The notes beneath the pieces are model-generated. The model was not told the DNA's origin. It saw nothing but the letters and a program-made list of their open reading frames with translations, and made no database searches. This document shows, in pieces, positions 1 through 13,944 of a stretch of 64,000 nt of DNA (position 1 is its first letter; each line of letters begins with the position of its first letter). The stretch covers positions 1 to 64,000 of the forward strand of contig JAANOX010000002.1 in assembly GCA_020184695.1 (NCBI GenBank), given 5' to 3'. The translations under genes and the position numbers were made by a program. Source of the stretch: Histomonas meleagridis 2922-C6/04-290x. Taxonomy: Eukaryota > Protista > Parabasalia.

Positions 1-3000
1 CTTGTGCAGCTCGAATTAGACCTCTTCGTTATCTATTTTTCCGAAGTTTGCTAACAATTGCGCAGTGATTTCTTGAGCTCTTTTAACAATTGCTGAAGAC
101 GCTGCAAAGATTGGAGTAGCACAAGAGATCAAAAACGCAGGTAATGTACCTTCGGCAGCTTTAAGGTTTTGTATGTTTTGTGTCGCATCGATTTCTTCTG
201 ATTCGATTTCTTCCATATTCACTTGATTCTCAAATTCTTTTAGTTTTGCACTCATAGCTTTGTTAGCATTAGCAGTTGCATTTAATTCATTTGTAACGTC
301 ATTCATTGATTCATCTTCTTCAACAACAATTTCGATTTTAGATGCAGTCTCTGCTAATTCCATCCATTTCTCTATTGACGTGTAATATAATTGGATTGCT
401 TCTTCCATATCATGTGCAAATGTTGGGACTCTTAATAAGCGATTCTTCATCGCTGATTGGATACTATTAATAGCATTAGCAAACGCATGTAATGCAGTTT
501 GTTGTTCAACTTGATAACGTGAATCAACTGTAGCTACTGCCATAACCAATGCTTTCTCAGCAAATGTATTTGATACATTATTTAACTCTTCGATTTGTTG
601 TAATAATTCTCCTGATGTAGCTAATGTTGTATCAATGATAGCCTTAAAGTTGACCATCATTTCATCAACTTGTCGTTTAGCTAATGTTAAATCTTGTAAC
701 GCTTCACTTGGAGATGGTGCAGATTTAGGTAACGCTGGTATCTTATAATCAGATGGTATCTTTGATGCTGATACTGGATTCGTCTCAAATGACTATTCGA
801 TCTGTTAATGATGGGGCTGGCATAGCCATCTTATGCGTGATTTGGACAGACGTCATTAATTCGGTGAATATAATGGCTTAGGTGAGAATGAGATATTAAA
901 GTCAATCTTCTTTGAGACATCTATAAGTGTATTAACTTGTGTTTCTAATTGTGACATTAATGATCCTATTTCTGTCGATGATTGTCCAACTGTTTTACTA
1001 CGCTATACATTTGATTTTTGGTGGATTCAAATTCCGAATATTCAGTCGATTGTTGTTGTGGATTTTCGACAATATTTATAAATGCATCAAATTGTTTGGA
1101 CATTTTACGATTAATTCGTCGTAATTCGGATGATAAATCAGTTGTTTTCTTTTGTGAGATTTGGAATGATAAATCAGTAAATTCTTTTAATGCTATAGAT
1201 AATTCACTATAACAATCAACAAATGTAGCTGATAATGGTGTAAATGCTAAACCTGCTAACATTAATGAATGCATTGTTAAGACTGCTGCATCTGGATGCA
1301 CTTAATAACATCGATTTTAATGGCTCTGATAATAAATCATCATTAGTATTATGAGTTTTAGCTAATTGTAATATTTGATTAACATCTTCTCGAAAGATAT
1401 CCGCTTTATCATATACAAAATCACAAACTGTATCTCCATCACGAATACGATCTAAAGCTAAAAATTGATTTGGTATTAATTCTAATAGCTTTTCACTAAA
1501 TATCGAAATATATTTATCAATTAATTCTTTTAGTTGTTCGATAATTAATAACTAAATCTAATAATTCATTAACATTTAAATCATTTTTGTGGTGATATTT
1601 GGATAAAATGCTTGAAGTTCTTTAAGTCCATAAATTGTAGATAATGTATCTGTTAATTGGATTGAATTACCTTTATTACGTAATATACTTAATGATATTA
1701 ATATCTTCTTTAATATCTTTGCTAAATAATCATTCATTTCTTTTTGTTTAAGTTTCGAAATTGGTGATAACGCTAATATTTGTGCTACATATCCATATAT
1801 TTTCATTAATTGTGGTTGTGAATTACGTCCACTTTCTAATAAATCTCGTGATACTTCAATGAATTGCTTATGTAATTGTGATACTATAGGTGCTACTGTT
1901 TTACCGAAACTATTTTCATATGATGCAATTGATACTGAAAATGTTGCAAAGTTTTCAATAAATGATGAACGATCATTTGTAGAACCTGTTAATAATTGTG
2001 TAATTGCATTATTAATTTTCGTTGATGAATCAGAAATTTCTAATACTTTAACTTGTGTAGCATCGAACCATTGATTCATTGCACTACGGACATCTGCATT
2101 AGTACTTTCATTCATAGAACGTACTATAAATTGAGCAAATTGTTTAAGTGCTGTAGAATGTAATGAAGAAGCCATTGAATCAAATCGTTTAATTTCTTGT
2201 ACGTCATCAGGTACATCATATTGTAATGAAGGTTGAGGTAATGCTAATACTATCTTTAATAACTCATCAATCGATTTAAGGATTGAAGCTGCATAAGTTG
2301 GGAAATGTGCAGCTTCTGCTGGATTTTGTCCACATGCTACACTAATAGCTATAGGCCAAATGATATCAATTGATGTACGTAATGTTTTCATTGTAGGTGA
2401 TAATGTAGCACCTGCATTAGGTTGAGTTTTAATTAATGCATCACATATTAAGATAAATGTTAATGGTATAGATAAGAAATAACAAGATGTAGCATCAACA
2501 CGATTAATAATAGTTTGATATTCTTTAAATAATTCTAATGATCGTGATAATGATCCAATCATTCCACAAATGAAATAACTTGTGTTTGAATAATTACGTA
2601 ATAATTGTAATGATAATGCTAAGTTTGGTATATTATTTAAAAGTTTTGTAAATATTTCCGATGATTGTTTAAATAAAATTGAAAACGCTAAGTTTGAAGT
2701 AGTTGATACAACTTTATTATATTCATTACCAATCTTTGTTAAATCGATGATATGTTTAATTAATGAATTAATATCTCCATAATTACCTAATGTAATTTCG
2801 GGTGTAGTTTGCATTATAGTTTGTATACCTGAAACTATTACTAATATGTTTTGTAATGATGTTTGATTACCTAATGTTGATAATATAGAAATTGGAAATG
2901 ATAATACATCTAATATCGATTGTGATCGAAGTTGTATAACTGAAAATATCGTTAAATAAAATTGATTCAACCATCGTGTAAATCGATTACTTAAGATTGT

Positions 3001-4472
3001 GATTTGTGTATATAATCCATTAAGTTGTCCTTTAGTATCAACATCTGGACAACTTGTAACAAGTTTATTTAATGGTATTGGTAATGCTGCTAATGCATCG
3101 AAGAATCGTTGTTGAATTAATATGAAATCATTTGATTCTGGTTCAAAGTCTTCGACGTTTTTAATTGCTGATAAATAAAAGTTCGTTTCATTAAGTGTGG
3201 TATCATTAAAGAATTCAAGATTAGTATCAATCACTGAGATAATTTGTGATACTATTTTACCGACTTCTTTAAATATCGATTTTGTAATTAATACAATTTT
3301 CTTTGTGATATTAATTAATAATTCTTCTGACTTATGGAAATCAGGTAATATAAATGAGGCATAACGAGAAATGCTAATTAATGTGATCGCTGTTAATTCA
3401 GGATCCGTTTTACATATGGATATTAACGTGGCAAAGGTACTATATGCACCAATGACATTGTTTCCTAATGGCGCAATCATGTCACGTGTTTGTGCTAAGA
3501 GATCTTGACCTAATTGGATTAACGAATCAAGTGGCTTTTCATTGAGATAATCTTGAACTAAGTCTTTGATGATCTGTGTAATCGATTTATATAAGATTTT
3601 GGTGGTGATTTCATTGATTGCTTGCATCGAGGTGGTTAACGCATTAGATGCTTGGGCAAAGTCATCGGATTCTGTGATTAATGGCTGAATTGTACCAATT
3701 AATGCTGCTAATGATGGGAATTGTGTGATAATTTGTGGTAATGCTTTGAGAATTCCTTCTGTAGCTTTACGTGGTGTTTGGAAAAGAGTCTGTGACATCC
3801 CACTAACTACTTGGATCCATTGCGTTAATTGTTGTGAATGTGTTGGAGATGCTACGATGTTTTTATTGGATGATAAAAATACAAGTTCTATGTATAATTG
3901 ATCAAGCGTTGCAATGGCTGCAGCTATTTGATGTGATATTTGGTGTTCGGATTGTTGAATACGTTCTAAACGATATGAATATTGATTTTCACAATTAGCA
4001 ACAGCTTCAACAATCTTATCAAAGAATTGAAGTACAAAACCAACCTTTTGTGAAAGTGCATCTTGATATTGAACCATTGATGTTGCTGATGAAGATGATA
4101 GATGTGGAATGTATATTTGAAGTTGTTGTAACGCTTGAAGTGCACCTGAAAGAATTGGAGCACACTTTTGGGATTCATCATTAAAGTTTGGATCATGTGA
4201 TTCAATAGTTTGTTGAAGAATAGGAATTAATTGCATAATTTTGGCATAATCAGATCCTATTATGGGTTGTGGACCTTGCGATATTAATGGAAGTCTTTTT
4301 AAGATATCATTTGTCAGAGAACGAAGAGCCGTTGCCACTATCGCGATGATCTTGCCAATGCACAACCTACTTGGTTGAGTTGCAAGGCAACACGATCATC
4401 AGATATGATTTCTTCCATTTTCTTTAGTTGAAATTTGGAAATAGTTTGGGCATAAGGGGCGAAAGAACTCAT
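1..4472 (-). CDS. Large helical-bundle protein with C-terminal I/LWEQ (talin/HIP1-like) domain; about 8 single-base frame breaks; runs off the window start
   Basis: ORFs 4338-4532, 1576-4365, 966-1301 and 16-660 join after 1-nt corrections. The 3' part reads AIVKRAQEITAQL...DNEE(G)LIRAAQ, resembling the I/LWEQ 'EGLISAA' motif. Confidence 0.6.
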
Positions 4473-5440
4473 TTGATTATTATCAACCGTTGACAAATTG
4501 AATAAAAACGCATTTTCAAAGCTCCACTTCACTTTATTTCAAGGTGCTGTATCTATTGTTTTTTCTCTGGCATAATTATTTAAACTTTGAATTTTCCATA
4601 CATTTTACTATGTGATTGATATATATTTGAAATATGTTGGAATTCCTGTTTGTTATATCAGTATTTTTGTTGTAGTTTTACAGTTTATGCGCATTTAAAC
4701 CATTGAAACTAATCACTTTTTCATAAGACTGTTATTAATCGTAAAATAATTTTAAGTCAACATCTTTGTTATTTATGTTAATAAAGTTAAAAATTTTTGC
4801 ACTTTCAATAAAAAAATCCCTATTTGGTGATTAAAAAAAATCATTACTATTCCCAAGGGTCTACTCCGACTGTATTTGCATAAAAATTCATAAGTTAAGG
4901 CATTCAATTTCCTGAAGTGAGAAAAAAACGCCAATATTTTTTATTTTTCTCTAAATGTATTATATAACTATTAACCAAAAGTAAATTACACACAACTCCA
5001 AATGAATACATATTTGACAATTTATTTAAATTTTAAATAATAATTTAGAATATAAAAAAAATTGCATTTTATTTTTTCATTTTTCAAATTTTATAAATTA
5101 ATCCGAAAATTTTTATATAAAAATATTCTTTTTTTTTTTTAAATATTTATGTGTATAAAGCACGATAATGTTTATATTCATTGATATGATTTTGAAGGAA
5201 TTTTATGAATCATAGTTTTCTCGGAAAATTTGATATACAATTTTTTATATGAAATCCGAAAAGGTGTTCAAAAATATTTTTGCAATGAAATTGAATTTTC
5301 AAAAAATGGGTAATATAATTATATAGTACTAAATGATAATGTGTGCGGAAATATGCTTATATTATTTGTTTTTCAATGATTACTGAGTTCTGTCATCATT
5401 ATTTCATAAGCGGATTGAAATTAAATTACAGAATAAAAAA

Positions 5441-5514
5441 AGCCACCGGCGGGACTCGAACCCGCAACCCCAAGATTAAGAGTCTTATGCTCTAGCCGAT
5501 TGAGCTACGATGGC
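5441..5514 (-). tRNA. tRNA-Lys(CTT)
   Basis: Reverse complement folds as a cloverleaf: acceptor GCCATCG/CGGTGGC, D arm GCTC/GAGC, anticodon loop CT-CTT-AA, T arm GCGGG-TTCGAGT-CCCGC, followed by a T run (Pol III terminator). Confidence 0.95.
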
Positions 5515-5606
5515 ACCTGTTTTCATGTAATGGAAATTATTTAGAATATTTTTATAAATGATTTTGGTCAACAAAAATTCAATGATTTGCAAATTCATAT
5601 GGAAAA

Positions 5607-5981
5607 ATGATTTGCAGAGTTTGTCAATTCAATATAGCTCCCTACAAATGTCCTCGATGTAAAACACCATATTGTTGTGCTAACTGTTGCAAAATTCACC
5701 AATTTCAATGCTATCCTACACAGAATCAAAATGATTTTTCACCTCCAAATGAAGATCAAGAAGAAGAAGAAAAAATGGAAATACCTCCATTTGAGGTATT
5801 TCGTTCACATCCCGAAATAATATCAGCACTTGCTGATCCACGTCTTCAACAAATAATAACTCGGATTGATTCAGCTAAAAACAGAGAAAAAGAACTAATG
5901 AATGAAATTTCTATCAATCCATATTTTAAAGATTTTGTTTCTTCTCTTCTTGCTGCTGCTCCACCATCAATCAAACCATAA
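5607..5981 (+). CDS. HIT-type zinc finger protein (ZNHIT3/Hit1-like)
   Basis: N-terminal CxxC...YKCPRCKTPYCCANCCKIH and C-terminal ALADPRLQQII..IDS...FKDFV typical of ZNHIT3. Confidence 0.75.
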   Translation: MICRVCQFNIAPYKCPRCKTPYCCANCCKIHQFQCYPTQNQNDFSPPNEDQEEEEKMEIPPFEVFRSHPEIISALADPRLQQIITRIDSAKNREKELMNEISINPYFKDFVSSLLAAAPPSIKP

Positions 5982-6362
5982 TTTTTTCAAATAATATGTA
6001 AGGCTTATATAGGTGTCTCTTCCTCTGTTTCCATTTTTTCTCGTTTTTCACAAATGAGCTTACGCCAATTGCTCAAAATTGTTCAATAAAAATTAATTTT
6101 TTTTTAATGCATTTCTTGTGATTTTTCCACTTCAAATAAAGACAAATAATTGTGTTCATGTTATAATAGATTTTAATAAAATCCCCTAAAAATAAACCAA
6201 CTGACGAAAATGATCGGTATATAACTATTTAACTTAGCTTGATAATAATCAGCGGAGATTCTTCTACAACTTCGTAACATTTCTCCAATTCAATACAAAA
6301 TTTCAAAACTCGAAATTTAATTTTTTCAATTTATACAAAACAAAGATATTGATACCAGTTTA

Positions 6363-9300
6363 TTAATTTGAAAACTCTTGGAAGCAATTAACCCTTGAAC
6401 TTTTAATTATAGTATTAATTGGATTTTCCATTCTTTCTCGTTCGATATCAGCGTTAATTTTGATTGCCAATTTTTCCATATTTGGCGCATATGACAAAAT
6501 TATTGGAATACAATCCGGAGCTTTACCTCTTTTAATATTTGCTGTAACACCATCAGCCATTTTATGATCGTGTTCTTTTGCAACTTTTCCTTTATAAAGC
6601 CAAACGTAATGTTTGTTTGGTAAGATTTGGACTTCTCCTACGCCATTCGCAAATATCATGTGCATCATCGAGCCATCTTCTGCAGGATTATATGAGAAAC
6701 CACTACTTAAGAGTTGATTAGTTCCATAATTTGAACAAGTCATACTATAACCTTTTGTAGTTTTTTGAATGTTCCATTTTTCGGATACATTTCCTTCGAA
6801 TTCGACTAATATCTCTTTATCTTTATATGGTTCAACATATTCTTTATATAATTTGTTTTTATCTTCAGTAATCTTTAATTGAGTATTAACTTCATAATCA
6901 TGACACATTTTCACAAACTTGGAAATTATTTCATTAGTATCTTCTTCTGCTTTTTTCTTATAGAAATTTAAATATAAAGCAGATGTTATTGTATAATCTG
7001 AATTTCTATCGGATATATATTCTAAATGATGAAGTTTTTCTTCAACAATACTTTTCCAATTTTTATAAGAAATTTCATATAAACTATATTGAACTAATAA
7101 ATTGGGTAAAGGATATACTGCATGTATTTGATATGGAACTGTTTCAGGAGTCATCTCAAGTGTTACAATTAAATCAGAAATAGGGAATAATGTTGAAAAT
7201 ATATTATCGGCATATATTTCCCTAAAACTTTCATCATCTTGAGTCCTTCTACCAATTGGATATGAATTTACATCTTCATATAATTTATGTATCCATTTTG
7301 CAGAACTAAATACATTTCTACGGAAATTCAATGAATAATATGAAGTACCTAAAAACGGGAATTTTTCTTTGAATATATATTGATAATCATTAAAATTATA
7401 TATTTGTTGATGAAGTAAATGTAATATATCACTTATAATATGATCAATTGCAAGTTGTTTAAATCCTTGTCCTAATATTTCATCAAAATTACTAATACTT
7501 CTGATTTTATGACGTGTAATTTCTTCAGAAGTTGGTATCTTAGCAAATATCGATTGATTATAATCTGTTGAAGGTGAACGTAAAAATATTGGGAAACATC
7601 GACTAACAAAGATATGTAAATGTGGTATAAATCCAAATGTTGATAAACATTTAGAAAATGATTCATCAATTAATTTTTCAGATTCTGAATCATGACAATT
7701 CATACCTAATAGATAATCTACATATGAAAATGCTTCTAATATTTGTGTTGGATTGTTTGTATTAATAAGTTTTTGAATTTTAGACTTTATTGATGGAATT
7801 AATACATTTGTTTCATATGGATAAAATATGAATTTTGATTGATCTAATTCAACATTTTCGAGTGCTAAATCAATTAATTCTTTCATATTTCCGTCATAAT
7901 ATCCCATATTTTTAACAGAATTTAATAATTTTTTAATGATATTTTGAAGAATTAATATTCGGCCATTGTTATAATTTTTACCATAAAGATCATCACCATA
8001 TTTATTAGCCTCTCTAAATATATGTATTATAGATGCAGAATTAATAACAATAAATGTATTATAAAAATCAATACAATCTTTCACTTCTTGGGACATTGTT
8101 GAATATCTATAATTAGGTGATGTAGTTATATATAATTCTAAAAATGTAAGAAAATGTTCAAATTTATCATATGTTGTTGGTATGAAACACCAATAACAAA
8201 GCATTTCTTCTTTGTTCATATCCTTTTGTTTAATGTATTTTTTAATATGTTCTTTAATTGATTGGAATCCTTTATCAAGCCAATTGACACAAGCATTTTT
8301 CATGAATGAATCTTCAAATGGAATTTCAATATTATTATCAACTTTAAAGAATTTTAATAATCGCATATATTCGCCACAAATTCTTTTAGCTTTACATTTT
8401 CCATTATTATATTTGTTAATATAATTTTTAGCATATTCATTGAATTCTTTATTATGAGTTTTAACTTCACAACTTTCTTTTTCTGTTAATTTCCTTTCAA
8501 CAGTTTTAATTGTTTTACCAGTTTTAGTTTTATATTGTTGATAAAGTTTATCCATATCTTCAAGAACTGTACCGCGATCAAGATTTTTAATTTTATATTG
8601 TAATTCCTCATAGCGATCGATTGTAGATGAATAACCTAATAGACTTTGGAAAAGATTATAATCATCAATATTACTTGAATATTGCATTAATTTTTGATTA
8701 ATTTTTTCAAATTCTTCTTTAAATAATTTTATTGATTCAAATTCTTGATTTTTGCATTGAAGTGCATACATATAATAATGTCGAATGATTTCAGCTGCTA
8801 ATGATCCATTTGTTATTATTTCTGGTTCAAACATTTTAATAATATTAAATATGTCTTGAAGTAACTTAGAATACATTTCTTCATATGATTCAGAGACATA
8901 ATTCTCTTGATTAGCAAGAATTTGGTCAGCTTTTTCAATTGTTGGACCTACAAAGTATTCATTCTTTATTTCATTGATCATAACCATTAATTCAGAATCA
9001 TCTGGATATTCTTTTGATATTGCTTCAATAATATTTCGATCTTTTTGTAAGTCTTTTACTACTTCCATTATTTGTTTGAAATCAGTGCTAGAATGTTCAA
9101 ATGTATATTCAACTTGATGAACTTTTACTGGTAAATCATATTGAATAGCTTCAATTTGATGAAAGACATCAAATTTACGTGCTAATGCATTAATTTGGTC
9201 CTTATAATTATCATAAGTATCAAATGCTTTTTGAATTTTAGAATCAAATTCAATGATTTCTTTTCTTTTCTCCATGAAAGTATGAGGATAATACTTGCGA

Positions 9301-11311
9301 TGAATTTTCTCATTTAACATTGCTTGAAGTTTTTCAAAATTAGTTATAAGTTGATCTGAATTTTTCGTTTTGATTGCAATTTGGAAACTATTACATATTG
9401 AATTATAATCATATTTAGCTTTGGATGAGACAGGTTTAAGAAAGATATTCCAAAAGTAATGTTCAATTTCAACTTTCTTTTTCTCTATATCATTTGTAAA
9501 GTCTAATCCAATTGATAATAATTCATCATGATGTTCTTTCTCATATTTGATTACTTCGTTTAATGCTGGAATAAATTGATCAGGATCTGCTTGTGGAGTA
9601 TTAGTAACAACTTTCTTCAACATTGTTTGAACCATATTACCAATTTCACGTATTTTCCCTTCATTCTTTTTCTTTTCGATTAATTCGTCTTTATTTTCTG
9701 TTAAATCTTCATATTCTTTAAAAACTTCACGAAGTTCTGGTTTCAAAGAAATTATTTCTTCTTTTTTATCAACTGGTGTAAGATTAATATTTGGATCAAT
9801 TGGATTACTCATTACTTTATATAAACTATTATATTGTTGTTCTAATCGTTTTTCATTTAATACTTTAGCACCTAAAATAGTTCGAATGCCTTTCAATGTT
9901 TGAATAATACTTTCAACTTTCTTTTGACATGCAACAACAATAATATTTTCATATTGTTGCCTACAAATTTCAAGGTCTGCATCAACAGTATTTTGCATTC
10001 CTTCAATTGAATCAATCATTTCTTGTTTCTCAGCAATATATAACTCAAAAGCTTCAATTGCTGATTGTCCTGATGACATTATTTTAGTTTTACTCTTACA
10101 TGTATTTGCTCTTGCTTGATATTCTTTCATAAATGTTGTTTGTTCTTTGCTTAAACCTGTTGTTGATGGAGGTTTCACTTCTTGAACTGCTTGTGGCTTA
10201 GCTGGTGTATTTTGAGTTTCAGGTGATAATTCTGATTCCATACGAACTAATTCATCATATTGATCAAATATTGCAGAAAATTTCGAATTTGTATTAATTA
10301 TTGCTTCACGTCGATCTAATGGACATACATTAATTTTAGGATGTATTTGTTTGTTCATTTGGTCTTTTGGTCCAGAAAAATTCTTCTTAAAATTATTAAC
10401 ATCTTTTTTAACTCCAAATTCTTTGATTTTCGCAAAATTCCTTGACGCACCTTCAACAGCTCGTATACATGTTTTAACTATCATCTCTTCCCATTGTTTG
10501 TGAATTAAATCTAAATCAGAATCAATCGTTGATTGCATTCCTTCAATTGTTGAAATTATACTTTGGTTTTGCTGAATGTAATTATTGAGTTCATCCAATT
10601 TAGCTTGTATATCAAGAGAATTCTTGGAAGCTGAAATCAATGGACGTACTTTTGCTCTATACATAGCTTCAAACTTCTTAGCATCAGCAGAATTTGGTGC
10701 TGCAGATGTTGATGGTGCTGGTGTTGGCTTTGCTGCTGCTGGTGCTGGTCTTTGTCTTGCTGCAGGCGCTGCTGCCTTTGGTGCTGATGCTGTAGAAGGT
10801 GCTGGATCAGGTGAATCATTAAGTCCGAATTTTTCTTTCAATGCATTAACTCTATCAGTCTGCCAATCAAATCCGATTTCAGCAAAAGTTTGTCCATACT
10901 CAATCATTTCTTTGTCAATTGCAGAGATTAAAGTTTTTGCACGAGCTAATTGACTTCTCCCTTCTAATTTTTCAGCACTTGTTAAATTACGCTCGACCGA
11001 CGTGAAATGTATTTTATAGGTTCGATCTTTTTTAACTTATCAAATCTTTCATCTTTTGTACTTAAATAATTATCTATGGCTGTATAAATTCCAGCAAATT
11101 TCGGATTTTCTGAAATAGATTTTCTCCTATCCATAACACAAACATCGGTACCTTTTGCTTTTCTTCCAAGATCTGCTTCAAATAACTTCGCATTTCTTTC
11201 AAAACCTTTAAAATCTCTTGATGTCCATGACGATTCACATGCCTTAACATATCTATCAAGATTATGTAAGGTTATTTTTAATTCTCTGTCAACTCCTTGT
11301 GTGTTCATCAA
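6363..11311 (-). CDS. Large uncharacterised helical-repeat protein (about 1650 aa), one frameshift near 11030
   Basis: ORF 10982-11311 is homologous to internal repeats of ORF 6363-10907 (..V..DRR..I...KF..I...YD). Adding one A to an A6 run near 11030 joins them into one frame. Confidence 0.7.
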
Positions 11312-12357
11312 AAAAAAAAAATGAAGTTTTCATTTGTGATGGAAAGGAGACTTTTTGAAATAATTTTTTCTGAGCATTAAAATAGAAATTTCCATAAAAT
11401 TCGAAAAATTATTAAATTTTTTGTATTAAAAACTATGATTATTATTGATATTGTAAATATATTTCAGTTTATTCATGTCGAAATCTGATGTAAATTGGAT
11501 AAAACATCAGGCATTTCAAAGCGATAAAAATTAGGGTTTTGTTTGCCATGAATAAAAAAAAAACTATTCAAATTTGAACGTTGCGGAGGTTATTCGAATT
11601 CGAATTCACTATAAACCGCTTGTAACGTGGCTAGAATAGTTTTCAATTAGGGTTCGATACAAGTCACTTTTTTATCGATCAACGAAAACGATAATACGGT
11701 TATCCATCGTTCCCAACACATTTTTTGTTCATTCCGAAACATTGAGATCTTTTTATGAATTTGTGATATTTTAGTGTATTCAATTTTTTTCTGTATATGT
11801 TATAGGAAGACCATCATTAGGAATGTGCTATGGAGAAATCACAGCATCAAAATGAAACTAAAAAATACAGATGCGAAATTTTAAAACTTAAAATTTAGAA
11901 ATTATTGATATTTTTATTGATAATGATTTTTTTTGGAAATTCTTAAAGACATTAACAAGAAATGTGTTTCTATCCAAATACTATAATAAAGATCTTTGTG
12001 TGTGAGCAATGCCGTTTATCTGGGTAAACAAATTCAACTAAACATCTGCCTAATGCTTCCTAGGCACTAAGTATTGTCTTATCTGTTGGCAAGAACTTAC
12101 TAACAGCAATGCCATGGTGTGTGGATGGAATAATGCTAAAGTTCTCTTGCCCATGTGCCGATCACACTTTTTGACCATCATCAGATCTGCACAGGACACT
12201 ATGATAAAGAACGCGATAAAGACAATGATTCTTACAACGTCATTGCTGGGTAATGATTTCATAATAATTGAACAAAATTTCATTTTTTAAATTAATTTTA
12301 TTCATTTTGCTTTTTTAAATGATTGAACCAACAGATAATTTTTTCTTTTCTTTTTAT

Positions 12358-13794
12358 TCATGAATCGTCTTCGTTATTTAATGGTTCATATACCTCATTA
12401 TCTTGCTTAGGTACAATAATCCACACGCACATCAAAGCAGACAAGAAAGCGAACACGCATCCTGATCCAATAATTGGTGCTTTCCAATCACCTGACAAAG
12501 CACCGATACCAGAACCCAAAGCGAAGTTCGAAATTTGTTGACCAACAACAGAGAATGAGTTTAACACGCCCATATATATACCCATTTGTTCTTGTGGAAC
12601 AATCATTCCGACAACAGCGAATGGGATAGAGTTGAAGATCGTACAAGAGATACCAAGTGGAGCGAATATTCCGAGCAACGCCCACCTATTCTTTACGAAG
12701 AACACTGCAACTAAGCAAACGCCTTCGATAATCTGTGAAAGTGCATATGAAAGTTTTAATCCTACAGCTTCGGTAACTTTATTTTGGACTGTTGAATATA
12801 ATAAAACTAAAACATTAGAAATAGCAATAACAAGCATACCGAAGTTAACACCTTCATTATATAATGCTTGTTGTTCTGCTGTTCCATTTGTGCGACCGCC
12901 GAAAATATCATTTCCGAAGAAATCTGTGGTCTCAATGTTAAATGGATAATATGCCATCCATGAAAAGAAATATACAATGGCAATTCGTAAAACAGGTTTT
13001 GGCATCGTTTTGGCTGCGAAAAAGATTTCTTTAAGTGGATTGTTACGTTTTGGTTTCTCACGAAGTCGTTCTTCGCGGGTAACAACACATGTAACAACAA
13101 CACCAATAACTAATAAAATAACACCAAGGATAATAACAAGCTGTTCATCATTGACTGATAACTTAAGACGTTGTGCAAGACTTAAGCCTCCAATGAGATT
13201 TGTAATGATGGCCGCAATACCTAACATAACTGAGCCAATTGTGTTGGCTTTGACTTGCTGCGACTGAGGAACGACATCACCAATAAGAGTTCGTGATGGT
13301 CCTTGTAATACATTGATGCAAATGTTGGTAAGGAATAAGGAAATAACAAATATTGCAATGCTCCAACCTTGGCGGGATTTCTCTGTGCTACCAAAGGCAT
13401 TACCTAATTGTTCTACAAAATACATTAAAAGAAAACCAATACAAATTCCAATTGCTCCTGCTATAATAAATGGACGGCGGCGACCAATCTTTGCCATGGT
13501 AATATCTGAATAAAAGCCAACAAGTGGTTGAACAATAAATCCTGATAATGGACCTGAAAACCAAATAAGTGATTGATAAGTTGATGCAATTCCAAGACGT
13601 TGCATAATTGGTGTGCCTAATGCAAATTCAACACTATATGCAATTTGATAAGCAAGCATTGAACAACAAATTCCGCAAATGTGGAAAAAGGATAAAGATT
13701 CTCTTTGATTAAGTGGAACCCATCCATCATTGCTATCAGTAATCTCTTCGTATCCAGGAAATTCGGATGAGATTTCGTTATAAGTTCTTGACAT
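12358..13794 (-). CDS. MFS sugar/H+ symporter, SUC/SLC45 (GPH) family
   Basis: 12 hydrophobic segments; QIAYSVEFA, GPLSGFIVQPLVG..SD, GRRRPFI and QGPSRTLIGD motifs of sucrose-transporter-like proteins. Confidence 0.85.
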   Translation of the reverse strand: MSRTYNEISSEFPGYEEITDSNDGWVPLNQRESLSFFHICGICCSMLAYQIAYSVEFALGTPIMQRLGIASTYQSLIWFSGPLSGFIVQPLVGFYSDITMAKIGRRRPFIIAGAIGICIGFLLMYFVEQLGNAFGSTEKSRQGWSIAIFVISLFLTNICINVLQGPSRTLIGDVVPQSQQVKANTIGSVMLGIAAIITNLIGGLSLAQRLKLSVNDEQLVIILGVILLVIGVVVTCVVTREERLREKPKRNNPLKEIFFAAKTMPKPVLRIAIVYFFSWMAYYPFNIETTDFFGNDIFGGRTNGTAEQQALYNEGVNFGMLVIAISNVLVLLYSTVQNKVTEAVGLKLSYALSQIIEGVCLVAVFFVKNRWALLGIFAPLGISCTIFNSIPFAVVGMIVPQEQMGIYMGVLNSFSVVGQQISNFALGSGIGALSGDWKAPIIGSGCVFAFLSALMCVWIIVPKQDNEVYEPLNNEDDS

Positions 13795-13944
13795 GTTTCT
13801 TTGTGAAATGAGAAATGTTTAATCTGTTGGATTCAATTTTCAAAGATTTACATCATTAATTTTGACCTGCTGAAGAATGCGCGTTTTGAAACAGTTTTGA
13901 AAAGACAGCCGATGAATGCCAATTCAAAATAATCTGAGCTGGTC

